Source: Phoronis australis (Eukaryota > Animalia > Phoronida). Taken from it: a stretch of DNA of 64,000 bases. Below are positions 1-13,714 of this stretch, piece after piece. Position 1 is the stretch's first letter. Each line of letters begins with the position of its first letter. The notes under the pieces are model-generated. The model was not told where the DNA came from. It did no database searches and saw nothing but the letters and a program-made list of their open reading frames with translations. Made by a program: the position numbers and the translations under genes. Location: positions 144,685-208,684 of the forward strand of contig NMRA01000339.1 of NCBI GenBank assembly GCA_002633005.1, given 5' to 3'.

Positions 1-244
1 ATTTGCTAAACGAGCAATTGTGACCTACGCTTTATACGACTTAGGCTATAGGGACATGGACAGCGCAGCACTGAAGTAAGTGGGGTAGGCTGTACCCAAC
101 CCCCCATCCCCCTATGGTGCGCTGCCCATGAGGGAACGAATACTGTGCCTGCCAAGAACCAAAATATCCAATCTATCACACAAAATCAGTTTTTGGCCAC
201 AATGAAATTAAAAACCGAACGATCGCCGCACAAATAAAAAAGTT

Positions 245-490
245 CATGTTCAAATCAACGTTTCGTCTTTTCATTAGACATCATCAGGATCATATTTACA
301 ACAATTTAGGACAACAAGTGCCAACACACAGCTCAGGTAACATCCATAGACTGAAGTGAGAGATACATAGAGTATAGTCAGTAGCTGGTCATCACCATAG
401 TTGCAGGGTCACTGAGCTCTGCATGTTATTCAGATAATCAGTGGCATGCTGGTTCTGAATGGCCAATGACTCTTTAATGTACAGTAACTC
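245..490 (-). mobile_element. Penelope-like retroelement 3' remnant (GIY-YIG C-terminal tail plus pseudo-LTR)
   Basis: Minus strand ~480-420 reads LYIKESLAIQNQHATDYLNNM, resembling the (R/K)xxKExxxI...LN end of Penelope endonucleases. A hammerhead core follows about 130 nt downstream. Confidence 0.55.
250..296 (-). ncRNA. Minimal type I hammerhead ribozyme motif
   Basis: Minus strand TGATC-CTGATGA-T-GTCT-AATGAAA-AGAC-GAAA-CG-TT-GATT shows the CUGAUGA and GAAA core boxes, a 4-bp stem II, a palindromic stem III stub and a short stem I. Confidence 0.6.
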
Positions 491-3400
491 CTTATGAGGT
501 TCTCTGCAGATAATACTATAAGAGTATTAGCTACAATCACCAAGCCAACTCAGTACAAAGATGTTTTCAGTTCATCGGCAGAATTTCCAATAGTAAGCCT
601 CAGGGTGTACACCCCATCTCTACTTTAATGGAACCCCAAAAGTAAACGCAGTTGTACGTTCAGAAACGTGGGACGGAAAATGCAACATAAAACAGACCGC
701 AAACGTGAAACGAGTCTTGCTTTTGATAGACTGTCGTTGACACTGTCCATTTTGGGAAACCCTGCAATATTTGTGTCTCCAAAAGGAGACCAGCAGGCAT
801 TTATACGAAGAGAAACATTTGGAATACACACTCATGGGTAATCTACATGAAAGGCAATACCCGTTTGCCCCTCAGAAAAACAGTAGGACCACCCATTCGC
901 TTTAAACAGTTGGTTAACTTGAACATTTCTACTTACCGCACGCCAATACTGACGCAACGAGGAAACTACTAATGGACATTTTGGAATGCTCAAATTAGCT
1001 TCCTGGCGGTGCAACGTCTAGTAGCTACTGTGCATGTAAGTTCTATCTTGCCAGATACACTTTGCAGCCTGGTAAGGTCTAGGCATATCAATTCTAATCT
1101 GTTGATAAGGACGTCTCATGGATGTGATGACACCTTTAATCTTGATTAAAGACGAACCGGGGACCGATTTGTACAAACATAGTGATAAGGGATCTCAATA
1201 CCAAGTTCTATTGTTTATTTCGTTTCAAACAATCGGAACGATATCCGGTTACGCGAGAACTGTCAATGAACACTGCAAACAAATGTGCCTGGTCCCATGT
1301 TCGCAACCTATAGTCGAAGAATCTCCTAGAATAGCTTACATACAACATGGCTTAAGCGTCCACGGCCAACATCTCCACTGACATCTTATCTGCCGTCGTT
1401 GTCATCAGTTGACATTCCGTACTTTCTAAACACTTGGTGTCAGATTTAGAATTAATACTTGGGAATATTAGAAAACTATCAAACAGATGCCGTTGTCGTT
1501 GGGATATACTGATATTACACGAGTACAACAAGTACTAATTTATTTCAAGAAGCAGCGCAGGATTAAGAAAACTGTAGGAAGTCAAGAAGTACCCATTAAA
1601 GTAAAGTGGAACCAAAGCGTGGGAATAATGTCTGCACAATCAGAATTGCATGGCCAAAGTGGTGTTTTTTACTTAAAATGTCAAAACACATTTAAGAACC
1701 CTCTCTCTTATTTCCAACGATTTAAATCATTAGAAATTAATTGTTCAAAATGTTTGATTTTTAGTGCTATGCATGATACTTCGCTGCAGTTGAACCATAG
1801 CCATAATCTGGCATTGCTAACAGGACGCTCAAAGAGGGCAAGCGGTTAATTGGTTTCACGAAAACCAGCAATGCATAGCGTGCATGTTTGGATCTCCGAG
1901 GCGGTTTCCATAGAATAACTGAAAATGGCAGTTATGGATCTGAACCAAACATTCAGGATATGAAAGAGATTGTCGCAGAAGTCGCGGAAGTCTTTTGATT
2001 TCTGATGACTCAGCAAGCGACAGACTTGAATGTTGAAATCATTGAAAAGTTTATACTAAGATATTATTTCGATAAATACGTCGTCATCGACTTATTCCCA
2101 ACACAGACATCTTGTTAATATATTTCATAAAGAAGTCAAGCTGAGACTTTCATCGATTGTGACTGGACTACTACATAATCTCGAGCCATATCCGCGCTTC
2201 TCCGAATTTCCGCGGGGAAGTGAAGAGAGCCACAGTGTGGTCAATTAGCAAGTTGTCAGAGCCACCACAAACGCAACACCCCGAAATTCCTTACTATATC
2301 ATAAACCACGGGAAAAGAAGTAGCAATCTTTTTGATTTTTTACTGTTTATTATTACGAAAAACAAAATGTACAATAAGAAGAGTTAAGCCCAGAAAGCCC
2401 TGGAATATCTGAGCAGCCATCTTTCGCTACTTTTCACAACCAACACAGTGAAGGATGACTAGCGCTGTGATTGGTTGTCCCGATTATACGTAGTATGTTT
2501 CGACCAATACATGCACGTACCTCGAGATCAGCTAATTAACATTTCGCCAGATAGTGATTGCGAGTGTTCTGTGACATGCGATACATGTAGATACTTCAGG
2601 TAAAAATCGTGAACAGAAGTGTGAATTTAGAATGGAAGCCTAATGTCGCGATATTTGGGTAGCGACGAGTAGCGCAGAGAATATTGTGGGCGTTGGCAAA
2701 CCAAGGCTGCGACTTTTAGACACGAAATCCCCCCCCCCTCCCAGCGTGTTCATATGCTTCCCTTGTAATGCATGGGGTACTTCGACTAATAGACCCTCAC
2801 TTACCATTCGGCTATGAAAACATCTGAGCTACATGAAATAAGCAACAAATAGGCATACATAGATATAAAATACAACACCCCCTCTCCGCCATGGTTCTGT
2901 TTTACATGGTTCTTACACTTTTAGTTCGTACCATGCCTTGAAACTCTGCTATTCCCAATAGTTACAAAACGGCTTTCGTGAGAAATTTGTTTCCCAGTAC
3001 CAGTGCCAGGAGTCTAATCTGTGTACTCTCAAGTCGAACTTGAAATTATTTTTGACATTTTGCTTTATACGAACGTGTATTTTGCGTAGGGACCCAAATA
3101 CAATACCGCATATTCAGTGCAAAGACTATGGCCAGTAGAATACATATTTCACTAGGCGGTTGCTAATTGTCTTCAGTTAGATTTTCATCGACAAAACAAT
3201 GATGGATGTATTGGACCGATCACGAGGACATTTGCAGGTTTCATTTGACGACAGCGAGCTGGGGCCCGTACAAAGACACCGACTAGAGTTCATTCTACGG
3301 GAGAGCAATGATCCCCTCAGCATTTGGTCACGGTAGGTCAAGCAGAAATCCAGAAGCATATGGAAAGGGAATCCCCGAACCAGCCACGTCAAGAGGAGAC

Positions 3401-5934
3401 TGCGAGGCACCTATCTATTCTCCCGCAAGTTTGGAAAAACATACTGGCTTAAAACACACGTGTTTCTGAACAATAAACCGCCAATGGTACAAATATAATT
3501 GTTACTGTGGCGCAATAGCATATAAAGCAACAAAACACAATCATGTTCGTAATGATGTATTTTCAAGAAATTGATTAATTACAAAAATTATTACAAAACG
3601 TAACACTGAATTAAGGTTGTGCTGGACCTCATAACCACATATCTATCAATCAACACATTTTAACTCAATAAAAGTATATATTTTCTGAAACATGAAACCC
3701 GTGGAATTACATTTTTGACTCAATGCTAATCTGCCATTAATTGGGTCACGTGGCTTGATATAAATAACACTGAAAATGAAACCTAAAAACGCTGCTATCA
3801 TTCCCATTTCATTTCATAAAACTTAACATTTTTTTTCATAAAAATTACACTTTTCGATAACTCCTCAAGCTAAAGCGAAAAACATTTAAAAACAAGCCCT
3901 AACAACATTTCGGAGAACAGTGCATAACGCGTGGCATGAGTAAGTTTTCTATGAATCTGACCAGCCACCTGTGAGATATGATGTTCCAAAGTTAGCCAAA
4001 TGTGGACATGTTGATAGGGTCCTACATAATCTTAACTAAACTTTAGTGTCAAATATACCTAAAAAAGGTGCAAACATGAGTCGTAAGAAATATCACAAAG
4101 TCAGTAAATGAAATACGCACAAAAAATCGCTCAACTGTAATGTCACACAATGAGACAATTCGTTTACACCAGGTGAAGCCTGGGAGTAACTATGGGTCAG
4201 CGCGTGCCGCTAGGTGGGGCGGTAGCCGCGCCAGCACGTGCTGGCTGGGCTAAGCACGCAGGGAACCAGTGAGTGCCGGGGTCACAAATGACTGCCTGAA
4301 CGTAAACATATTTCTTCAAGTAGGAACATTATTGCAGAAACGTCAACTACATCTCGTAAAGTTGAAATCGCTCGTTGTGAGTATTACAGCAAAGTCAGTA
4401 CCTCATTCTCATTCTCACTCAGCTGATACCCGCGGCAGAAGTAGGACGTGCCTACCACTGGTACCAGAATATTTCAAAGTTGAATAACGAACGGCACGAC
4501 ACGTGGTTTTGCCATATAAATGTCACACATTTACCAGAAAACGAAAACAAAACAGTCATAGATGTACAACCACATGGTAAAATTGACTTGGTAATAAAGG
4601 CACTTGCATACATGTTAACAGATTTTTGTAACAAGAACAATAATAGAAGTGACAATGTCAGCACAATCTGAAAGCATTAGAGTTGAGTACCGGAAACGTC
4701 ACATGACTTCTACAAGTACGTTCTGTTCTTGCTGAACGTAACTGTTATGCATACTTTCATACTTCGTTGGAATTTAATGTGCCAGTGTTTCAGTGCACAT
4801 CTCATCATTTTGATAACTTAGACAGAACATGACATAATTCAATACCCTCACAGTCATGCTGAATTCACACAAAAACACAATGTGCTCACTACGTCGTCAA
4901 TTCCTATGTAACAAACTCCTTAAAAGATCTATGATGTACAACCATGTCACTAATATGCTAAATCAATCACATATCAAGCTACACTTACACAAAATATTGG
5001 TGGTGTGGGTAAAACAAGTCAAGTGTGAAGACGCCATAAAAATGACTCGTTAGGTAAATAAATGGGGCTGAACGTGATGGCTATGTCAAAAAACGGTGCC
5101 ACTACTCCTTTAGGACCACTGCAGACGCATAGTTACGGGCCGAACTGCCAGCCTCAAGTGAGCCATAACTGAGTAGATAGCCCAGTAGGCATGCTGGGAG
5201 CAGACAGGTGCTGGTTTTGTGACATTCTGTTCCGTTTGTAACGGGTACCGATTTGCCGGACTAGCAATACAGTGCCGGATTTCAGCAGGGTTTGCAGCAC
5301 AGGCCTAGTGCCATCCTTGTATCGGATCGTCAACCCAAGTATCTGTACTCGAGTTTAACGGCACCGGCTCATTGCTGTCAAGCCGGTACCAACATAGGCA
5401 GACTTTTCAGCGATGGACCTGTACACGATACATACCATTATGCTGGCGCAAAACTAATAATATACACATCAGTTTTCCGATTAAAAACGTATTAAGTTTC
5501 CTGACTTTTCACAAGACTTACATTGTTCATTTATGGAAAATTTATGTTTTCTGAAAACTATAAGGTTTCCATGCAAAAACAAAACGTTTTCAAGTTTTGA
5601 AAATTTGAATATTGTGCGATCGACGTTTCCACCATTTTTCCAGCAAGAGATTATCTAGTAATAACGTATCCATGTATAATGGGCAAATTCGTTGTCCTGA
5701 ATGTTTCCTTAGCATGTTTGTCAATACAAACCATAAAACAAAGAATGTTGAATTGATTCAATGAATTAATTTAGGAGACCATCCAGCGACCAACATTGAC
5801 ATATAACTGATTACAATGTTCAACCGGTATTCAAATGAGACACGAGTACAGTACCAATATAAAGTAATCAATATCGTTCACAAAATTCTTAACAGGAGCA
5901 ACGGGGAACGTTGAAATCCATCCACGAATGCAAA

Positions 5935-6476
5935 GCAAACGGTGTGCTTATAGGGATGTTTATTTGAATCATAAAAATGGCTGCTACATGGCGCAAATAG
6001 GTCAAATCTATCCGAAAAAGGGGAACATGTAATCATTACTTTAATGAAAAGCTACTTACCAATTTTCATAAAAAACTGTCAAGGAACTTCTGAGAAACAA
6101 ACGAAAACCGGAAAAAAATGAAATTGCCACTAGGGGGCACAACGTTTGTCAGATGCATACGAAAGTCGTCATCGTTTGTTCTCAACTTCATATGAATACA
6201 TTTGCTAAATTTAATAAAGACCCAGCAGTGGGTTTAGGACATACGGCTGCGGGCGCAAAAAGAAAGCCGACACTAGGAGGCAGCAGAGTAGTCGAAGTCG
6301 TAATCGTCGACCTTCTTCATACTGAGAACAGATATATCTACGCCAATTTTAGCAATCAACCTTAGAAGGGATTGGTTGATAGAGTGGCGAACTCAAAAAA
6401 CTGATTCGAGAACACCAAAAAATGGCCAAAATACCTCGAATTCCTCCGAAAACGGGAGGATAGCATCACCTCACCA
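5935..6476 (+). repeat. Dispersed repeat built of degenerate ~145-bp units with CCACTAGGGGGC-like motifs
   Basis: Clearly homologous to 22420-23135 (e.g. AAATTGCCACTAGGGGGCAC at 6121 and ~22594). Motif-like sites recur at ~5983, 6127 and 6271. Confidence 0.75.
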
Positions 6477-7041
6477 ATGGACTTGGCAACTAGAGCTTTT
6501 GCAGATGTAGGAGAGGATCATGCACACGTTCAGGCTGTCACAATATTCTGTCATGGGTTGAGTGACGAGGATTTGGCGTTCTCTTTGTCGAAGCCTCTTC
6601 CCTTATCAATGGAAGAGGCTGTACAGAGAACCCATTGGCAGCGTCAACGTAAACGTGCTGTTTTCGGACCTCATCAGGGTAACTTTGTAGTGCATAAGGT
6701 TCAAGCGACTAGTCAATCGTCAAAGAGAAAGGTTGGTAAGTCAGGTTCAGACCAGCTGGGGGTAAACTTCTCCTAAACAGCCAAACAGTGGTAAGGGAAA
6801 GATCAGATGTTTCCGTAGTAATATAACAGGTCACATTGCTAGAGAGTGCAAACAGACTGGTTCAGGGAGACAGCATTACTGTTTGTATTGTAAAGGTAGA
6901 AGTCATTTGTCAGACAATTGCCCTAATAGGACAATAAGATATGAAATCTGCAAGGGTTTTGGACATACTGATCAGGCGTGCTCGACTGGTTCCAATAACT
7001 CTTCTGAGGGAGTAGCTTTAAACAGTCAAGGATCGGGGTGA
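6477..7041 (+). pseudogene. Gypsy-like LTR retrotransposon gag C-terminal remnant with three zinc knuckles
   Basis: ORF DLATRAF...FCHGLSD...SMEEAV is followed, after a disruption, by RCFR..GHIAREC, YCLYCKGRSHLSDNC and ICKGFGHTDQAC, and ends LNSQGSG*. Confidence 0.7.
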
Positions 7042-7059
7042 GAGATCGATCACCGATCC
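7017..7059 (+). other. -1 programmed ribosomal frameshift signal
   Basis: T TTA AAC heptamer in the gag frame (7017-7023), 6-nt spacer, then hairpin GGATCGG(GG)TGA...TCACCGATCC (7030-7059). Confidence 0.6.
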
Positions 7060-7559
7060 AGACAGTTAGGAGTTGAGGCCTCTATCGAAATTCGTATTGG
7101 AAATGTTTTAGATGAAATTAGACAAGGGCTCAAGGCAAGAAGTAACCGCCGAAAATTTGTCGTTGAGTTTGTAACCCCAGGAGATGATGCCAGTGTGCTG
7201 GGTCTTTTGGAAAAGACTGCTACCACATATGGATATAACCCTAGAGTTCTGTCACTTGCATTAGATGGGTTATTTGGTAAGAGATGGTTGCTCGATGAAA
7301 GTACTTTCATTTAACTTGATTGCAGTTATTACACAGATGTTAGTGACTTTTCTGATGCTGTAGACAATTAGTGTAATTAAAAACAATGTTATGGAATTTT
7401 AGTGACGGAGTATAATTAATCAATTACGTTGGTTGTTTACCAACATTTGTATCCTTCTACGAGTGCATAGGAAGTGATTCACCACACGTCTTTGACCAGT
7501 TGTGGGATGTTTATCATAACAACTGTGCTTTGTATTTTGTAACTTTAAGTCTTTGAAAC

Positions 7560-8990
7560 TGGTTGTGCCAGTTATTATTCAAGAGTCAACACACAAAATT
7601 CAAGTAGAAACTTATGCTCTGTTATACAGATGCTTCAACTCAACCATGTGCACAGACAGATTAGGCAACAAGCTTAGTCTGTCTGGCAGAAAGGAATTCA
7701 GAGTTGACAACACTACATGGTAATCAAATGACCAAAGAGGTAACAGTTGTTGACATTGAGGTCGCTGCCCTCAATGGCAATAGGACTCACATGTTGAGGA
7801 ATGTGATGTCCTGAGATACCCTAAATGTGAACATGCATGGGTAATCGTGTTACCTCCGCAGGTATTAAGTGAATGGCCCATTTAAAAGGCATCCACCTGT
7901 CGGACGCTGATGTGTCACAAAAGGATATTATAATAGGCGCTGACCATGACCACTTGTTGGTTGATTTAGAGATACGGCTTGAAAGGAAGGTGAACCCTTC
8001 GCAGCCAGGACACTATTGGGTTGGACAATCTATGGTCCAACTGGTCCTGTCAAGGGACAAAAACAACGAACCACTTATAACATTGCCTTGGAAAGGCAAG
8101 TTGGAAAAGTTTGGAAGCTAGATGACCCTTTGTATAAAGTAAAATCAACAATGTCTTTGAATGATAAAGGTGTCATTGCTATCTGGGAGTCATCTGGTCG
8201 ATTGCAAGGCAACCAGACTTCATTGCCCATACCATTCAAACAAAACCTACCTAAAATGCCTAACAACTATTCCATGGCGAAGCGCCGACATGAATTGCTC
8301 GGAAAACGTCTATCCAAAAACAATGAGCTTCGCCAAAACTATTTTGACGGGTTCCATGAATCTGTTAAACGGGGTTATGTGAAAGAGGTTCCCCCGAAAA
8401 GATGTCGTTTGACAATGAGAAAACTGTATGGTACTTGCCACACCATCCAATGACTCACCCTCGCAAGCCTGGGAAAGTCAAAATAGTGTATGGCTGTTCC
8501 GCCAGGTATTCAGGAATGTCCCTGACGCCGTGCATCAGGGCCCTGACTTAATGAAAAATCTTGTCGGAGTTTTGTTGAAATTCCGACAAGAACCCATAGC
8601 GTTTATGGGAGACATAGAAGCCATGTATATGCAAGTGAAGGTGCATAATGAGGATCGTGATTGCCTACGATTTCTCTGGTGGAAAGACGATGACCTCACA
8701 AAGCCACCTAACGTCTTTCGGATGACCTCTCATTTGTTTGGTGGAATTTGGAGCCCAAGTTCTGCACACTTTTCCTTACGAAACAGCCAGAGATAAACAA
8801 GATGGCTATGATTCAGAAACAATACAAACAATTAACAAAAATATCTATGATGATGACTGTTTGAAGTCAGTCGCTTCAGCTGGAGAAGCAGTAAATCTGA
8901 TTCAAGAATTACGGGACCAGCTCTCTAAGGGAGGTTTCAGGCTTACCAAGTTTATCAGTAATTCAAGACAAGTGATGTGAATTCCTGAAT
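7560..8990 (+). mobile_element. BEL/Pao LTR retrotransposon pol remnant (protease region plus RT), frameshifted
   Basis: Motifs VVPVII..ETYALL, DIIIGADH, GWTIYGP, QGPDLMKNLVGVLLKFRQEPIAFMGDIEAMYMQV, FLWW, MTSHLFG..SPS, IYDDDCLKS and LSKGGFRLTKFISNS, spread over several frames. Confidence 0.9.
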
Positions 8991-9239
8991 CTGGCCAGGG
9001 AAAGCGCTAAACCATGCGTGAGAACACACAAACGCATTTAAAACAAGTAAGTATGTAGGGTCTTAAAAGTTATCAAACATATCAAATGGTACCTGTTTCA
9101 AAGTGAAGGTGTATCATTGAGCAGCACATTGAGCAGTCTCACGACAGTCAGAAATTTTATTCACTGGGATTGCTTTCATATTTTCCAGTCATACATATCC
9201 AGCAAAATAAGCTCAGGCATTCGACAAATTCGAATAAAA

Positions 9240-11365
9240 AACAGAAAGTCGTCAGTAGGCCTGGTCTCAAGCGAGAAAACGCGAGACGAAGAACAAGCGA
9301 CCCTGGCCACTAAACGCTTCTTTGTGGGCATGGCAGATGTCACACCAGATCTGTCAGAGGAAGAGTTCCGACAGAAAATCGACGACCTGTCAAAAGAGTG
9401 GTATGGTAACAGAAAGGAGTCCCTCATCAAACTAATCATGGCTAGCACTAGACGCAACAGGCGGCGCTGGATTCAAGAGACTCCTCAAATGACTCTCTCT
9501 GTTGTACTGAACAAGTTTTGAGGAAGCCAACTATGAAAGTAAGATTATAACCATTATGAAATACTTAATGAGATACTTAATGAGTTCCAATGAATCAAGT
9601 TGTATTTTCTGACAACTGAAAAACTTGAAAGTAGTTCATAACAGCCATAGACTTGCACGTTTGTTAGTTGCAGAACGACTTCTGTGATTTGATGGGGGAC
9701 AGGAAAGACATCTTGGAGACCAATATGGAAAAAGTTTTCCAAGAAGTGATAAAGTTCATGCCGGACAGTCTGAAAGTGAGTCAGAGTAACTAGTGATAGT
9801 CTTATTTCAGTACATTTTTTGTAATTCTAAAGTTCACACAAGAGTAGGCCTATAAGGAAATTTCTTTAGTATATTATGCTTATAGTCACCAATACAATAA
9901 GAACACGCCGACAACTCTAGGTAGTGATAACAGAAATACACAATGTTCTTTCACTTTGAACACGGAAACCAATTCATGCCAATTTCAATATTTATTATAG
10001 GGAACTGATTTCGAAAAAAGCCTCCAGGTCTTACGATACCTAAAGAAGCAGGTGTCCCTTGACCACGGGAAGGGTACCAAGTCAAAAACCATACTGAAGG
10101 TCATTAATGTACGTATTGATATATTACAATTATTCCAAGTTACAAAATGATTACAATATTTTCGCATGTTTTGAAACTCATCTTTGATTACATCTGAATC
10201 ATAACCATGGTATCTTTTCTGAGCAACAGTACTACTTTAAATAGTTTTATACGTTTATTGATAGGATAATAACAAAAAACGTTATCCGCTCATTAAATAG
10301 GTTTGATTGGTGTAAATCGTATTTTGTGGTGTACGTGTAATCAGGCTGTACTATATTTTTAGGTAGCCACAATCGACGTGGATGAGACCACTATTGCCAG
10401 GTTGCTTGCGACTAAAGAGGGAGCTCCTCCGTCACTGGCTGTCATTACTGTGGATAATGAATACCAATTAGGATATATGGTCAGTGACACGAAGTATATA
10501 AACTGCCAGTGCAGTAGTTTATTTGAATGTATTCCTGTGTTGCTGGCCACATATTACGTCCTCGATATTCATTATCCCGGCATATACAGCCAACTCTTGG
10601 GACTTCTACAGCAATATGTGCAGGAGGAACCATTTACAATGTCCAAAAGGGCGAAATTTATCACCGTTAGTGCAAAACTGAGACAAAGTATAAAAAGTTG
10701 ATATTCTCTAAGATCAGCCTACTGTATGTATTGAAAAGGCATATGTATTCCTTTACTTGGCTAGTAGGCCTACTGCATGCAACTTTTTCTGTATAGCATC
10801 TGTAGGATTCAAGACGTTAGTATTGATGAAGTACTATGGTGTTTAACCAATTCATTTTACAGTTTGTTGTGACCACTGAGTGTATAACACTTTCAATCGG
10901 CTATAAACCCGTGATGGCTGTCGAAAAAATACGTTTGATTTAGGTTACTTACTGTTATAAAATTGACCTCACTTTGTTCCATTCTCATAATTAGAGGTGA
11001 TCTGTGGACTAGGGAAGAAATGAAAGTACAAGCTCTACAATTAATTTCAAGACACCGTTCATTATTTAATGGCCCTTACAGTGCCGCCGAGAGAAATTCT
11101 CTCGACAGAATGTCACGTGACATTTTTACAACCGCTTTAACACCAAGCGTTATGTATCTTTAACGTGAAGCGTTAATAATTTCTGTATAAATGCGTTAGC
11201 GTTAAAAAGGTGATGCAATCCTTATAAACGCGTTGTACTGTTAACATTAACGCCATAATGCGTTAATAAAGATGGGATTATTAACACATTAACGCTTTAT
11301 TTCTTTTGCAGTGTTGAAAAAGTGTTGAAAATAGTGTTACATTATTAACACTTCTTTTTAGAGTG
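9240..11365 (+). mobile_element. CMC/EnSpm (CACTA)-like element remnant: accessory-ORF (SAMD3-like) exon fragments and right terminus
   Basis: Peptides RRNRRRWIQETP..VLNKF and LLATYYVLDIHYPGIYSQLLGLLQ. Subterminal TAACGC/GCGTTA repeats at 11130-11300. Ends ...TTTTGCAGTG (11313) and ...TTTTAGAGTG (11365) are reverse-complement CACTG/CACTC termini. Confidence 0.5.
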
Positions 11366-11874
11366 TGTGGGTTTTGTGTTTGGAGCTATATCGCCCACCT
11401 TTCTTATATTCAGCATAAATATTCAGTTAGCTACTCTATAATTCATATTGCTTGGAGAGGCTGCTGCTTGCATCAAAAATATCACAGATAACCAACGTTG
11501 GTAAGAGACAACTTTGTTTCTTGATGTTTTACTGTTAATTTTGACCTTAGAAACAATCTCGGTTCTTTGATTATTTGATTAATTCATAGAGGTTGTTGTA
11601 ACTACAAGCTTCTACTAACTAGTGTTTGCCGAATTGTGAGTTGATATTATATTATCAGACATGCAGATGTCTATATTATTAATATGATGTAAATGGAACT
11701 TCAATTTGTATTAGAGACTGTATTCTCTTTATTACTTGTTTCAGGTTTAAACGTATTTGTATTGTTAACGTAAATAACCGCATCGTATGGTATCATGAAT
11801 ACAGTTTTACGAACCAAAGTGTTACGGTATTATTATAATACGCGTGTAACCCGCTTTTGGAATTCCTGGTACCA

Positions 11875-12230
11875 TTTTGCTGACTGGTGTGGGAGATGAT
11901 GAGATAATTAATCTCAGAAACCTTGCCTTCTCGTTTGGTAAGGAAAAGAGTGATGCTCTCCTCGGAATGCATGTCTACACCGGATGTGACACTGTTAGTG
12001 CTTTCAGAGGAAAGGGGAAAGTAAAGGAGCTGCGCATTTTACTGAAACCCCGTCCTTCTGCGGCACGTTTGCAAAACTTGGAGCAAGCTACATGATTGAC
12101 AAGGAAATTTTATCAGATATACAAGAATTTGTCTGTGCTTTATATGGAGTAGAAATGAACGTTGTGAATCAAGCCCGTTACAACATCTTCAGATTAAGAA
12201 TGTGGCTGAATGCAGTTTGCCACCCTATAC
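11875..12230 (+). mobile_element. Academ-like transposase fragment (XPG-like region)
   Basis: ALLGMHVYTGCDTVSAFRGKGK, then after a frameshift IQEFVCALYG...VNQARYNIF. Confidence 0.7.
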
Positions 12231-12329
12231 GCTTTAAAAGTAGTTCCATTGAAGAATACCATTGACTGTGACATTCTGACCTACATATGTTCTCATGCTG
12301 GGTCTTAGTTGACAATTGTGTAAAAAACC

Positions 12330-12972
12330 TAGTGGAGTGAGCTCAGACCTTAACGAAATGTGCGGGTTCGTGTGGGAAACTAGCCAAAGGCGACGCCCGG
12401 AACATGAAACAGGAGCAGGCAACTGAATCTGCTGCATTCGGAAAGGGAAGCGGTGTGGTCTTGGACCTCTTGGCTAAACTCCAAAAAGACAACAGCTACC
12501 ATATGACCTTAGATAACTTATTTACGTCCGTCCCTCTCATTGACGAGCTGACTAAGATAGGCGTCACATGCACTAGCACCCTACGTGGAAATCGTGTCAG
12601 CGATTGTCTTCTCTTGCCAATAAAAGAGATGTAGTCGAAGCCGCGTAGGCACCACGATTTTGCCCTGGACAAGTCAAACGTGCTAATGGTAGTTCACAGG
12701 AACGACAACAGCATTGTAAATATTGCATCAAATACCCATGGAGTAGAGCCCGTCCACCAAGCCAAACGATGGTCCAGGGTCTAGAAGAAGAGAGTTAAAA
12801 TCTCACAGCCATTTGTGACTGAACATTACAACAACACCATGGAAGGGGTTGAAAGAATGGACCAGAATGTGGATAAATACAGAGTTACTAAGAAGTAGTG
12901 GTGGTGCATTTTTGTAGAAAGGCATATGATTAATGAGAATTGTAACAAAATTTGAATTTAGGAGTAAATGGG
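12330..12972 (+). mobile_element. piggyBac transposase fragment (PGBD2/3-like) with right terminus
   Basis: GKGSGVVLDLL, DNLFTSVPLI, TSTLRGNR, NDNSIVNIASN and YNNTMEGVERMDQN..YR. The element ends ...AGTAAATGGG|TTAA (12972; TTAA at 12973-12976). Confidence 0.85.
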
Positions 12973-13714
12973 TTAAGACGGTCAGATTAGTTAGTTATGA
13001 ACTTTTGAAGACTATTTAGAATGGGTACATGTACGTTCATTTTATTACTCATTGGCGGCAGACATTCTGTCTAGCCGTTTATTCATAAGTTTTCACGGAA
13101 ATGTACATAATCAATGGCTTGAGTGAGACCTCAGTGTCTTTTGGGGTTTTCAGTATATTTGTTATTGTAGAGCACTGGGAGTCTCTCCTTGCTTTGTAAA
13201 TATTTATTTTGGGGACTTTTAATGGGTACCTTGCCTTAAATAGAAGGGAGAGGAGTGTAGTGAAAAGCTGAAGTGTATGGTCACTGTGCTCGAAGTCAAC
13301 AGCCTCGTTTTAGATATTAGATACCCACGTGTGAGTTTTCAGGGTCCTCGGGATGTCTACACGGAGTGCTTAAGTGAGCAAGACGTGACAGGGGATTTTC
13401 CGAAGTATGAAGACAATATGCAGGTGAGCGTCCAACCCTGTCAAGCTGAGTTGGCGTAGAAGGGGTGCCTAGAACCACAGTAAGCGTTCACTAAAATACG
13501 AGCTACAAAGTGTTAGATATATGAACCAGTCCTTTGCAAACTTGGAAATCACTTTCAGTCGTAATTTTTATGTTGTTTTGCTAGGTAGCAATCTAAAACA
13601 TAAGTTAATTTTTGGGGGATCTTGACACTGTTGTCATTTGAGACCTTTAATGTGTGTGACACTTTTGATTATGAAAGTCATTAATTTAAGTTGACTAGGT
13701 TAGCAACCAGATTT

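Noticed and set aside
11780-11800. TGGTATCA primer-binding-site-like motif (also TGGCGGCAG near 13052)
   Set aside because: No matching LTR pair or adjacent gag could be established.
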